Notes: generated by a model from the sequence alone, not told the origin. 64,000 nucleotides of DNA from Chrysomallon squamiferum (GCA_012295275.1 CM022667.1:4588001-4652000); one strand, 5' to 3'; counted from the first letter of the stretch, positions 12,153 to 27,000 are shown. Program-made: numbers and translations.

Positions 12153-15100
12153 ATGAATGAGTTGATGATATAGATGTCACATATACAAATATCTTAGGTA
12201 ATCTTTTAAGTATTATTATTATCATAATGGAAAGTTGAATATTTCAGTTATAGATGCTAAAGATGATTGACAGTTACCAGGTAACACTGAGGTTTACTAT
12301 GATTGATGTTTGTAAAAAGTGTCCTTGTAAAATGGCAATTACTTCATCATCATCATCATCATTATTCTTAATATGTATTATTGTGTTATTGTTGTTTTTG
12401 TTATTATTATTTTTTTAAATTATTATTATTATTATTATTATTTATTATTGTTATTGTTGTTATTATTATCATTATCATTATTATTATTATTATTTATTAT
12501 TTATTATTATTGCTGTGTTAGTTTTTATTATTGTTATTGTTATTATTAATATTATTATTATTGTTAAATACAGATATATGATCAGGTTGTGTCGTCAGAC
12601 ATAGTGTTAACTAACAAAGGAAAGATTGGTTTTCATTTCATCACAATCAACACTGACCCAGCCTTGGCCAAGAACCCTCCCCCCGGAATGCCCATCATGG
12701 TCCCACCATCAGTGAGTCAGCAGTCTTATTATTTTATTTATTTATTTACAAAAAAAGTAGAAAAGTTTTCTAAAAACATGTCCTTGAGACCATTCAGTTA
12801 ATGAATCAATATTTTTATTAGCAGCAAGAGTTCTTGCTTTATTGATCAGAAAATATCCTGGAAACCATTTTTCACTTTTTTTACTTTATGTTTGTCACAG
12901 AGCAGTGGCAGGAACAGGAAAAGGTTTAATGAAAGTTTTATTACAAGTTGAGTGTGTTGTGTAATGTTTTTTCAGAAATGTGGTAAGATCACATAGAATT
13001 TGCTTTTCCGTGATATATTTTGATAAATCAAAAAAATTTGTATTTGAAAATAGCAAGAATAATTGATATTGTAGAAGAGAGTATTCATTACAAACAGTGA
13101 AGTTACTTTTAGAAATATCACTTAAATATTCTTCCTTAATGGTTTTCCTTTTATTCCTGTTTTAGTTGTTTCTCCTTTTACTGACAGATTGTGTTTAAAA
13201 TTCATAATATATACACAAAAAATTATTATAATAAATTTTAGGGCTTTATTGAACCAGGAGAAGAAATGACGCTTACAGTCAAATTCATATTTGGAACACC
13301 AGAAAAATTCCACAAGATATTCCTGATCCAGGTGGCTCACTTTGAGCCAGACATAATCCACCTGTTCGGTGAGGGTCTGTTTCCACGGATCTCCCTGGAT
13401 CTTCCAAGACTCATAGACGAAGAGGGAAGCTACTACAACCTCCTGGAGAAAGCCATGGAGTCGATGATCAAACAGGAGGAGCTGAAAGAATCGAAAATCA
13501 AAGAGCTCGGGGTTCAGAGGTCGGTAACGATGAGGAAAAACACGGCTAGCAAGTTAGTGCAGACGTGGTTTCCTCACTTGCAGGTTCAGGCCAAAGAGCA
13601 GGACACGAAGGAACTGCAGACGTCTGATTCTCTGATGAGGTCATCACTCAGCAAGGAAGCACAGACGTCAGAGTCGCTGACCAAACCGTTGGACAACAAG
13701 GACACGCAGACAACAGACTCTCTCCTCACCATGTCTGCTATAAAACTGCCGTCTCGAGGCAAATCCTCGCTGAAGACGACCTCCATTAGAGAATGTCACA
13801 TGAAGACGTTTGTCTCAAAAGAGATACAGGCTCCCGAAAGCATGGCAGACGTCTTTCAGAACAAAGAATGCCAAACCACGGAAACCTGGATTAAAAGGCT
13901 GCCCAGAGTGGTCAGTGGTCAGGCAACTCAGATGGGGCTGAAGATTGGTGACGCTAGCAGTGACCACATTAAATACGTAGGATCTTTTAAAGTGAGTTAA
14001 GTGTGTGCTGTTATTTCACGTTGCTCATTCTTCACTGCAAGTGAGTTTCTGAGGCTTAACCACTGATTTGTTGCTTACTTTTCAAAAATAATATATTAAA
14101 ACAGACACACACACACATAAAACATGCATATGTTAACACATACACACAAAGATACAAACATAAAAACACATAAATATGCAAATAATAATTATGTTTGTTT
14201 ATGCATTATTTATTTACCTACGTCAGTCGGTTGTTTGTCTGTCTGTGTCTGCCTGTCATCTATTTCAATCTAAATTTCTACCTGTCTGTCTGTCTGTGTC
14301 TGTCTGTCTAACAGTATATCTGTTTATCTAACAATACATCTATATCTGTCAGTGTACCTACCAGCCTACCTGTTTATCTATCTAAATATCTGTATGTCTG
14401 TCTGTCTCTCTCTCTCTCTCTGTCAAACTACATGTCTGTCTACCTGTTACACAGTCAGCGGAGACACCTCTGGATCGCAAGGTAGAACTGGAGGCAGAGA
14501 GGCTGACTGTGGTTGAACAAGAACTCAAACAACAACAAGAACAGTTAAGTCCAGATCTAGCTAGACCATCTGCTGAGAGATTTGATGCTTCGTCAGAACA
14601 AATTACTCTGGAGCCCAAGAGAAGTAAAAGAAAATTGAAACAAAGGTGTTTTTTTATTTACTGCATAATGAACTGAAGCAAGAATATAAATATATTTTTT
14701 TTAATTTTTTGATTTATTTAGTTAGTTTTTGTGGAAAAATAGTTAGGTTATTAACTGAGGAGAATATTATTAATTAATAATCAGGGTTTGTAGAAAGTCT
14801 TGGACAGTTTTGGACATTTTGTGTGTTTTTAAACAAAGAGATTGGCTGCTATGTTATAAACTTAAGAAAGGAACAAAAATGAATTGAGCAAGTCTGAAAA
14901 TGAGCTGATTGTATTTCAGGCCTGTTTTGCCGGAATATGTTCTCGACTTTGGTCACGTCATCCTCGGAACTGTGCAGCTGCAGGTCGTCACGGCAACAAA
15001 CACTGGCATGTTACCAGTGTGCTTCCAGGTGGAGAGAAAGAACATTAACAAATATGGTTTTGATGTCCAGCTGGACAAAGTGAAAAATCTGCCTGGTTAC

Positions 15101-18100
15101 CCTGACTGTGAGAGTGTGGACTTTGTCATCAGCTTTGATCCAAAGTCAGCAAACCTTCCTCTTGGAGCCATCCAGAAACCTGTGCTAATAAATGTAAGAT
15201 TTGTAGCTTTTCAGCAGTTTAGGTTTTACATTGAATGTCAGCATATTTTACTGTATATCTGAGCTTTCAGTCGCTTTAGTTCATACGTGATGCTAAAACT
15301 TCTGACATCAACATAGAGATATGCAAACAAACTGATATGCAAACATGTTAGTAGACCTACATTTCTATGCACACACACACACACAAATATATATATATAT
15401 ATATGTATTGATCATGTTGGGGTGCATATGTTCATTCAAGTGTGTGTGTGTTTACATGTATTTGTCTACATATCTGTAAATATTTATGAATTTACACATG
15501 CAGACACACACATATACAAACACCTACTAACTTTTGACACACACACAGAAATACACCAGTTCACTATTTATTTGTAAACATCTGAGTTTTGCATAGATTG
15601 AGAATGGTCCCTCGGTGTCTGTTGTACTCAAGGCCAATGTGACGATGCCCACGATGCAGCTGTCAGATGAGGAGCTGTATTTTGATGAGGTGCAGTGTGG
15701 CGAGTGTAAAATCATCAGTGTTCAGCTTTACAACTACAGACCCATCCCCTGTGAGTGGAGTGCAGAAAAGGAACGCAGAGCTGTGAGAATTATTTTAAAC
15801 TTTAAAACTGTGAAACTGATTAATAAGCTTTTAATAATATTAAGGTATACTTGGGTTTAATAGGTTAAAATAATGTTAAGGTATACTTGGGTTTAATAGG
15901 TTAAAATAATGTTAAGGTATACTTGGGTTTAATATGTTAAAATAATATTAAGGTATACTTGGGTTTAATAGGTTAAAATAATGTTAAGGTATACTTGGGT
16001 TTAATATGTTAAAATAATATTAAGGTATACTTGGGTTTAACAGGCTAAAATAATATTAAGGTATACTTGGGTTTAATAGGTTAAAATAATATTAAGGTAT
16101 ACTTGGGTTTAACAGGTTAAAATAATATTAAGGTATACTTGTGTCATTTTACTCTGTACAAAATTTTACATGTAATCTAGGTTTAATATTGGATGGATAG
16201 TCAGTCTTTAAAATTATTTAAAATTAGCCACACATTCAAAAATAGTTGATTTTTCTTTTCTTTCCTTTTTTTTTCTATGGACTTAAATTTACTTAATAAC
16301 TGCAGCGTTGAATTAATTTTTCTCTTAAACTTTGATTTAGATTTTCTTTGCTGTGGTTCTTGATTTCAGGGAAACAGACGTGTGTTAAGGAAGGGACTGT
16401 GTGAGAAAAGTAGACCACCGAACTTTGAGGTTTTTCCTTCAACTGGGTCCCTACTACCAGGAGAGAAAAGCAACATACAGATCAGATTTATCCCTAGTGA
16501 AGAAGTAAAATTATAAAGTGAAAATTAACACAACCAGATTGATCTGGATAAACACTGACATATATGCATGCAACAAATAAATATGCATACTCATATATAC
16601 ATAACAACATACATACACTGAAAAAACATATCAAACTGTTCTATATTATCAACATATAAATCGTCATTTATTTTTATAAACCATTTTCAGGTTGCTGCTT
16701 TTGTTGAATAAAAAAGAATTTAAGCTGAAATTTAATTAACAAATAAATCTTAGAAAATTTTAATAAAACATAATAACAATAAAAATCATGAAATTAAATT
16801 CATTTGTTTGAAAATTTGACAGTTTAATAATTTTATTTTTTTTAAAATTTTTCAAAATAATTGTTAGTATTATATTTTTTTTTCTTTTACATGGTGAGGA
16901 ATCATGAAACATTCATTGATTATGAAAAACAAATTAAGTAAAATAAAGACATATGTGACATTTCTGTTACTACAGAAACAGTATGACCAGAAACTCGTGT
17001 TTCGCATGGCTCAGAGCACAGAGAAACAGATAATTCGCTGCTATGGCCAGGGACTCGAACCACGGCTGGAGTTTTTGGAAAACTACATAGAGTTCTCTCC
17101 CATCCTGCCCCACAGTTCGAGTGATGAGAAGGAAATCATCGTGAAAAACCCATGCAGTTTCCCCGTAGAATTCTACTGCATTGAGCTCGATAAATTTTAT
17201 GTCGAAGAAGAGAGGGTGTGAAAATGATTAGTCTGTTTAATTAATGTCTTAATTATGATTAAATATGTCATAAAATAGAATATAAAAGCAACAGATACAG
17301 TCTCATGTTTTGGTTCAAGGTTTAGGAATTAAGCAACATTCACATGCAAAGCTTGATTCTTATATAGAAGTCCAATTAAACATTTTAATTTTGCACCCAA
17401 GCTCGTATTCTGTTGTTTTATTAATGTGTTTAATTCTCACATTATTTTGTGTTTTTACAAGGTTCTGAAAACTGTGAGGTGCTATGACAAGTATAACACA
17501 CTGTTACTGCCAATACGCGAACCAGGAGACAAACTCCCATCTGAACTCATAGAGCACTATGAAGGTTAGATTTAAATTGAACTTACAATTTTAAGTGACA
17601 GAAGTAGTTTCAGTTCAGCTTGTAGAAATAGTCTTAAATTTATAGAGCTAGTTTTAAATTAAGTAGTTTCAAATTCATTACAGCTTATAGAAATAGGTTT
17701 AAATTAAATACAGCTTATAGAAATAGTTTTAAATTCATTACAGCTTATAGAAATAGTTTTATGTCTCTACAGCTTAAAGAAATAGCTTTAAAAAATGTAC
17801 ATCTCTTATAGAAATAATTTTAAATTAAGGACAGCTTATAAAAATAGTTTTAAATTCATTACAGCTTATAGAAACATTTTAAATTCAGGAAGGACATAAC
17901 AAAAATAGTTTTTTATTTAAAATCAGTACATAGAAACAAATTTCATAGTTAATAGAAACTCTGTACAGGTTTCAAAGTTTAAGTCAGTGTAGATTAGTGA
18001 AAAAAGAAACCTATAGACAGATTTAAAGTAGAAAATTAAAATGTTTGTTTTAACTGAAGAACAACTGAAGAAGGGGGAGGTTGATGAGGAAGATATAATT

Positions 18101-18259
18101 GACGTTCTAAATCCACTGGATGATGCAGAATCTCCTACTGAAGAGAAAGGTAGATAACTCTGTTAAACCTGACACCATTTTGAATTAGTAGAGAGAAATG
18201 TATTGCTTAAAACAATACAAAGATAATTTGTTAAACCATATGCAACCCATGCACACAGA

Positions 18260-18309
<50 letters not shown>

Positions 18310-21300
18310 GACATACACATATACACACATACATATACTTTCACCATTTTGACCAGTTACTTACAATGGATTAAGAAAAGCTTTGTCCCAATACCTGACA
18401 CCTAGTACCTGCTGGACTAAACATTAAGAGTGACCCTTTTTCATCTGTTGCCAGACGACAAGCAGTCTCCCCTGACCGCTGAAGAACTGGACATTTCGCC
18501 AGTAGCTGCCATCATCGCGTCCAATCTGGGCATGGACATCAACAACGACATCAGAGCAACGGTGAACCGACGCGGCATTGTTGTCATCGTCCACGGTCCA
18601 CACAAATCAGGTGAGTCATCTGGGGAGTTTATTTTTTTGTTTGTTTTTATGATTAATTAATACATGTAAAGTTTCTACACACACAGACACACTAAGTTTT
18701 AGTCCACTCTAATGCTGTTATGGGTTGTGTTTATTTTCTCTGTTTGTTCAGGTAAGACAAGCACTGCTCAAAAGCTGGCTGAGAAGTACAACGCCGCCAT
18801 GCTGACCATCGATGGGGTCATCATGGACGCAGTCAGCAAGGGTCAGTCGGTGCCTGCCAGGAAACTGTGGACTCAGTACCTGGAATTCGTACGAAAACGA
18901 GACGAAGAGGCAAAGGAAGCAGAAGAACAAGAAATGAGTAAGCAAACAGGAAGTGAGTAAGCAGACAGGAAGTGAGTAAGTAAACGGGAAGCGAGAAAGT
19001 AAACAGGAAGTAAGTAAACAAGAAATAAGTAAGTAAACAGGAAATGAGAAAATAAACAGGAAGCGAGTAAGTTAAACAGGAAATGAGTAAGTAAATAGGA
19101 AGTGAGTAAGTAAGCAAATAAGTAAACAGGAAATGAGTAAGTAAACAGGTATATAAGTAAACAGGAAGTGAGTAAGTAAACAGGAAATGAGTAAGTAAAC
19201 ACTGACAAGACACTCGCGTACATTATGTTTACTAAAAGCTCAGCCTTTCAATTGAACAATATTGTTTTAACAAAAAACAACTTCAGTCATTTTACTCCAA
19301 CACTTGCACATCTGAAATGAGTAGATACACAGTGACAAGACCTTAGCCCCTAAATCTCAACCCTGATTATAAAACCTAGTTCAGTCACCCAGCTTGTGTT
19401 CTGATGATACATTATTTCTATTAAAACCTCAACATCTTCATCTCTACAATTTGGTTTTATAAAAAAACCTTCTTTTATGTTTACTTAAGCTTCACTCTAA
19501 CAGTTTAGTTAGCACTTCAGTCATTTGCCCTGTATTTCCATTCTGAATCGAGTAAGTAAGTACTTATGATACTCTTGCATCTACATGCAGTAATTTTATA
19601 TAAATAATTCAACACTTTAACTCTACAGTGTTTTGATCAGACAAAACCTTCCATTTTGAAATGTGAAAGACCTATCTTCACCTCCATCATGTTCACTGAA
19701 CCCTGGGATTGGCTTTATTCAATTTTTTCCACTTTCCATTTTTTCTCAAATGACATCATTTATGCATTTCTGGAAAAGAAAAAAGAAAATTACTGATAAT
19801 ATTTTTTTTTTTTTTTTTTTTTTAGAAAAGCCACATCAAAAGTCAAAGCATCATGGCAAAAATGGAAATAAAACTAAAAAAGCTTTGCACCAGAAGAAAA
19901 AAGGCCTGAAAGATAAAGTAGTCGAAGAGATCATTGTACCCAAGGTATAAATTATTTTCACTGATAAAAAAAAAAAAAAATTAAAAAAATGAATTGTCTT
20001 GAAACAGAAATAGAAAAGACAAATTAGAAAGAGTAAAGAGCTTCAATTCACTGTCTACACAAATTTTCAGTTCCACTCTTTAGTTTTAATCTACATGTAT
20101 TTGGTAATTCAGCTAATTCACTTTTGTCTACAGGTGACTACTAACAGTTCCACTCTTTAGTTTTAATCTGCATGTATTTGGTAATTCAGCTGATTCACTT
20201 TTGTCTACAGGTGACTACTAACAGTTCCACTCTTTAGTTTTAATCTGCGTGTATTTGGTAATTCAGCTGATTCACTTTTGTCTACAGGTGACTACTAACA
20301 GTTCCACTCTTTAGTTTTAATCTGCGTGTATTTGGTAATTCAGCTGATTCACCTTTTGTCTACAGGTGACTACTAACAGTTCCACTCTTTAGTTTTAATC
20401 TACATGTATTTGGTAATTCAGCTGATTCACTTTTGTCTACAGGTGACTACTAACAGTTCCACTCTTTCCACTATGATCAGTCAGCAGCTTGCAGGGTGGA
20501 TTGTTCCACAGGACCTTTTTAGAAGAGATTCACTTTTTTGAGAGGGACTGCTTTAGTTTTAATCTGTGTGTATTTGGTAAAACTATTAATTATACATAGA
20601 TAACACTCTTTCCAAATGAAATATATACTAGATGAAAGGATCAAAGGTAAGTAAACTAAAAACTACACAGATGAAAATATTTAAAGGATCAAAAAAAAAA
20701 AAAGAATAGATGAAAGGACAGAAGCAGTTACAAATAACAGAACTGAGTTAAAACTGGTGGAGAAGATTCAAGTAAGTAATAACTAGCTAAGATGACAAGG
20801 TACTGTAGATGCTATGAACTGAATTGAGTATCTAAATATGTTTGTGTATGTAGGGATCTGCTTCTCTCTGTGTGTGGGTGTGTATGTTTATACGCCTATA
20901 CGTCTCAGTTTATTGTATAAGTATTGCGAATCTGTATGCAATTGTGTCTATCTGTATGTAGTATGTGTAACTACAAGTATTCATCCTTTAGCTAATCATG
21001 AGAACTGGTAACACATTTATCTGTATCCGCAGCGAGCAGACTGCGAGTGGGGAGTTGTGTTTGATGGACTCAACACAATATTCTCCCACAACGCCCTCAC
21101 TGCAGTCAACGCCATTTTGAAAGCTTTTGGCAGCCGAAGATTCATCTTCTACCTTCCTCTCACTCTGGATCCTGAGATCCCAGAAGACAAACTAAAACTT
21201 GACTTGGAAGAAAAAGGTAAGAACACATGCATTAAAGTGAGAATGAATTTTTTTTAAATTTTAAACAAGCATCTTGCATACACGCACACATCCACACACG

Positions 21301-21365
21301 CACGCACACATACACAGAATGACATACACATATTTGTATTGTTCATGTTGAGGTTCATATGTTCA

Positions 21366-21405
<40 letters not shown>

Positions 21406-23104
21406 GATACAGAGTTCTAATTTTAGTACAAAGCTTTGGCTAGAATGAAAAGTTATTATACAAGATGTTCAACATCATGTGAATGTCTTTGTAAGTTGTA
21501 GTTATTTATTTTGAGGGCATTGTTTGGAATGGGAAACTAATACGAATGTTTGTAGTGTTTGTATCATTGTGTGGGTGTATCTTTGTGTGTTGTGTATACT
21601 AATTTTTTAATTTCAACCAATACTCTCGAAATAAATAGAACTTATATATACAGACATCCATAGACAGATTGAGGGACATCAAAATCTTCTGTAATTATAA
21701 TTTTCCAATTCCATCCAATGCTTTCTAAATAAGCACAACTGACAAATGTGGACAGACATCCACTGAACGGTACAGGGATTCCTTACAATAACAGAGAATG
21801 CTAAAAATGTTTTGTGTAACTTTTTTCCAATTCTGACCAGTGCTCTCTAAACTGTTACAGAGATGGAGAGACTGAGGCAGGAGGATGAAGAGAGAGAAGA
21901 GCTGGAGGCGATGTCAGAGACTGAGTACGATGCACTCACTGAGGAGCAGAAACAATCTGTCGATGAGAGGCTTCTACATCTTAGAAAAATCAAGAGGTCA
22001 TTTCAGCTGATTTTTTATTGTTATTTTAATAATAATAATTATTATTATTATTATAAGTAGGAGCAGTATTAATAATTTTGAAATTATTATTGTTTGTTAT
22101 TATTGTTATTTTTATTATTATTATTATTATTTATTATTATTATTATTATTGTTGTTGTTATAAGTAGAGTAGTATTAATAATTTTGTAATTATTATTATT
22201 GTTGTTATTTTAATTATTATTATTATTATTATTATTAAATTTTGCGTTATTATTTTCATTAACAATATCAGATGTTGTTTGTTTTCTGAAGAAAATAAAA
22301 ACTTTCTATTTTAGTCAAATAATTTGACAAATAGATAATTTTCTTAATATTTTTCTGTTTTTAAATTTGTGTTTCAGAATTCGAGATCAGAGAGAAGAAA
22401 AAAAAAGACAAGAACTCAAGAGACAGGAAGAGTTGTAAAATTTCTTTATTTTCATATAAAAAAATAAGATAAAAAATAAATAAAAATTAGCAAATGAAAA
22501 TACTTTTATATAATATTTTTAAAGTTGTTTTTATTATGTGCTTAGTATGTTTCTGTCTTTATGGTTTGTAAATCAGAGTGCAGCTATGATTGGTCAAAAT
22601 TGAGTGGATTTCTATTTTTGAATTCAGGACCAATCAGTGACATTATGGACTGAGACCTGAATTATTTAATAATCATTAAATTTGTTTTCTTCAACCACAT
22701 TCTCACTTTTGACATTTTAAAAGCTAGGTATTTTTTCTCTAGGGTAAAATAATTTTATATTTGCCCAGTAAATTTTCAGTTATTATTATTATTATTATTA
22801 TTATTTTTTTAATTCCAGAGAACTTGAACTTCAGAGAGAAAAAGAGCGAGAAAACCATTTGTAAGTTAAATAAATGATGAAGTGTTTGTATTAAAGTAGT
22901 TCATGGGAGTATCAAGGGTACAATTCAGTATCGATAAATATATATATATATATATATATGTGTATAAAATCATTCAGTAACTGTACAGGTGTATTGTATG
23001 TATGTAATTATTCATAATTATTAAACAGAAGAGATTAAAATGACTTATTAACTAGATGACTAAGATAAGTAAAACATTTGTTTTTGTTTAGAGAAATGTG
23101 TGTG

Positions 23105-23146
<42 letters not shown>

Positions 23147-23711
23147 TGTTTTTGAATACCTGTGTTGGAATCAATAAAGTATTAATTAAAAAACCAACAT
23201 GTAATCATGAATGATGAGAGAAAAGGTAGAAGTGGGTTGTTATCTAGTTAATGATGATGTAAAACGTTTCGCTGGTTTACAGAAGAAGGAAGAAAGCTAA
23301 GAAGTTGGAGAAGGTTCTGGAGAAACCTGAAAAAAGTGAAAGACTTACGAAGGAAAGAAAATCTTTGAAGTCTGATGTACTGCTGCAATCACTAGGCAAT
23401 TCACAGGAAGACATTTTAAAAAGTGAATTGCATGCTGAAGATATTAAGTAAGTGAAAACAGACATTTATATAGGAAAAAATATATACTTTGATATATATA
23501 TATATATATATATTCTTAAAAATATTGATCCCATCATATGTACCAAATACCATCACATCATAAATCTATATTATTAATATATAAGGATATAAAGATTTAT
23601 TGTAAATGTATAGTGAACTTTAAATTCATACACTCAGCATTGAAGCACAATAAATATACATACACTGAATACATAAACACACTGACAGTTACATGCACCA
23701 TGCACTGACAT

Positions 23712-23758
<47 letters not shown>

Positions 23759-24428
23759 AATGAACATAAACTCACACAAACATACAACATACAAGCACAG
23801 ACACACACAAATTATGCATGTTCTTGTGATTTGAGAATGTTGTAACAAAAACAATTAGGAACTCTATAAAAACACAAGTCAGTGACAAAGATGATATAAA
23901 GCTTAAAACTACTCTACCTGACAATTCATCATACTTCAGTCACTACACAAAATTACATAAAGACCCCAGCCTTAAAAATACAAAGTTAATATAATTTTTT
24001 TTAATTTTTTTTTTTTAAAATAACAAAAAAATCACTAGATTGCTGACACCTAAAGGAACTATCAGTGAGAATTGTTCCATTGTCGTATCATACTTCAAGC
24101 CTGTACTGTGTGTGCAGAGATACACCCAATCTGTCATATTGTTTTTGTTGTTGTCTGAACTGTAACTGTAATTATGCTTGTAGGAAGAAAAGGAGTGCGC
24201 TGAGATTCGGTAAACAGTCGAGGGAAGCAGTGGAAGCTCCCCCAGAACCTGTGAAAGACATCAACCTGCAGGTTCTGGAGCTGATGGAGGGCTACCAGCG
24301 CACACAGAATGAGCTCTTCTACCTGCTGGAACACTGGGACAGAACAACGCAGAGCTTCCAGAACAGCGAGTCAGCACCAGGAAAACCAGGAACGAAAAAG
24401 AAAAACAAAGACGAAGGTGATTGTAGCC

Positions 24429-24463
<35 letters not shown>

Positions 24464-26055
24464 CATTAAGATGTAAATTTTTGAATTATTTTTAACATTC
24501 ACAAATATTGTTTTTTTGTGTTTGTTTAATATTTAATTAGAAGATTATTTTGAGCAATCTAAAGTTAATGTTTCATGTGTTTGTTATGACATAATTATTT
24601 GATTATTTTTAACATTCACAAAATGTTTTTGCTTTCGGTTTGTTTTAATATGTAATTACATGATTATTACATGATAACAATTTAAAATTATTGTTTCTTG
24701 TTTTATTGAGATGTAAATATTTATTATTTTGCCAGAAAATATTGAGAAACAAAATAAGGAAAAGGAGAAGCTGAAAGCAGACAGATACACAAAGGAGGTA
24801 GAGTTAAAAGGAAATAATTTAAAAATTATTTTGTTTTAGACTTTTTTATTTTTATGGGGCATGAAAATCTGATCTTGACATCTGCAAAAAATTACCTGTG
24901 ATTGCTGATAACAACAAAATAAAAACTTGAATCTTTGAAAGATTGCTAGAACCTTTTTTTTTTTAATTACTGGTGCTTGAAAAACACATTTGTATACATT
25001 GCTTAATAAAAAAAAACTAAGTGACTGCTAAAAAAAGATACAGTTAGTGAATTGATACAAGAAGATGAAGTATATACATTTTAGCACACTACACTACACA
25101 ACAAGAAACAGATCAACACAGAATTAGTTAGGTATTACAATGGATTTTTACGTTACAAGAAAACAAAATGAAGTATTGTTTATGCATTTTTAAGGTGTTG
25201 GAGAGTCTGGGTAGTGAACTTCCGATCCCCCCTCCACTCCAGTTTACAGTGATACCCTACCCCGTGGAGAGAGATGAACCACCAACACGCCCGTTTGGTG
25301 GTCAGTACATACTTTCTTCATCATCACAGGATGAGATGTGAGTTCATCATCAACAACAACAACAACATCACTGACACTACTAATTTTACTATTACTACTT
25401 TTGCTACTACTCCTACAATTACTAATACTAATACTACCCCTACTAATACTAATACTGCTCCTAGCCATGTGTCTACCACTACTCCTATTACTACTCCTAC
25501 AGTTACTAACACTAATACTAATACTAGGTCTACTCCTACTCCTATGTCTACCACTACTCCTATTACTACTCCTACAGTTACTAACACTAATACTAATACT
25601 AGGTCTACTCCTACTCCTATGTCTACCACTACTCCTATTACTAGTACTAAATCCTACATCTTTTCCATACACTGTGATAACTACTGCTACCACTACTACT
25701 AATGCAGCTACTACCACAACTTGTACTACTAAAACCAACCCCTAAAGCTCCACTAACAGACAAATGGAGCTGTTTAAGAAGAATTCTGCTGAATTTCGTG
25801 GGACATGTTGACTTGTTTTCAGGGGTGGAGATGACAAGTACAAGGAAGATGATGATGAAAGGTATGGTGCAGACGTCAGCCCGTCCAAAGACCGCAGCAA
25901 GTCGTCACAGAAGTCAAAGCAGAAGTCAGAGAAAACTCGAGCTCCGAATCTGAAACTGGGCGACCGGCAGTCAGTGAAGTTTAAAATACCCCAGTTACTT
26001 ACCAGACAGCAGACACGCACTGACTGCATTGTGTGAGTTCCTTCATCGAAGTGTT

Positions 26056-26099
<44 letters not shown>

Positions 26100-26167
26100 C
26101 TGTTACAGTTACCAGACAGACAGCAGACACGCCCTGACTGCATTGTGTGAGTTCCTTCATCTAAGTG

Positions 26168-26217
<50 letters not shown>

Positions 26218-26254
26218 CTGTGTCAGTTACTTAAGTGTTGTGAGTTCCTTCATC

Positions 26255-26322
<68 letters not shown>

Positions 26323-26390
26323 CTGTGTCAGTTACTTACCAGACAGCAGACACGCCCTGACAGCATAGTGTGAGTTCCTTCATCTAAGTG

Positions 26391-26428
<38 letters not shown>

Positions 26429-26496
26429 CTGTGTCAGTTACTTACCAGACAGCAGACACGCCCTGACTGCATAGTGTGAGTTCCTTCATCTAAGTG

Positions 26497-26547
<51 letters not shown>

Positions 26548-26704
26548 CACACACAGACACACACACACACATCTGTGTCAGTTACTTACCAGACAGCAGA
26601 CACGCCCTGACTGCATAGTGTGGAGTTCCTTCATCTAAGTGACAGTTACTTACCAGACAGCAGACACGCCCTGACTGCATAGTGTGAGTTCCTTCATCTA
26701 AGTG

Positions 26705-26738
<34 letters not shown>

Positions 26739-26806
26739 CTGTGTCAGTTACTTACCAGACAGCAGACACGCCCTGACTGCATAGTGTGAGTTCCTTCATC
26801 TAAGTG

Positions 26807-26848
<42 letters not shown>

Positions 26849-26911
26849 CTGTGTCAGTTACTTACCAGACAGCAGACACGCCCTGACTGCATGGTGTGAG
26901 TTCCTTCATCT

Positions 26912-27000
<89 letters not shown>

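Noticed and set aside
15830-16142. 36-nt repeat of CRISPR-like length
   Set aside because: Units are head-to-tail with no spacers; a minisatellite.
25244-25745. Mucin-like Thr/Pro-rich or poly-Leu ORFs
   Set aside because: ACT-triplet repeat open in several frames on both strands; HYDIN splices over it in phase (25337 to 25823).
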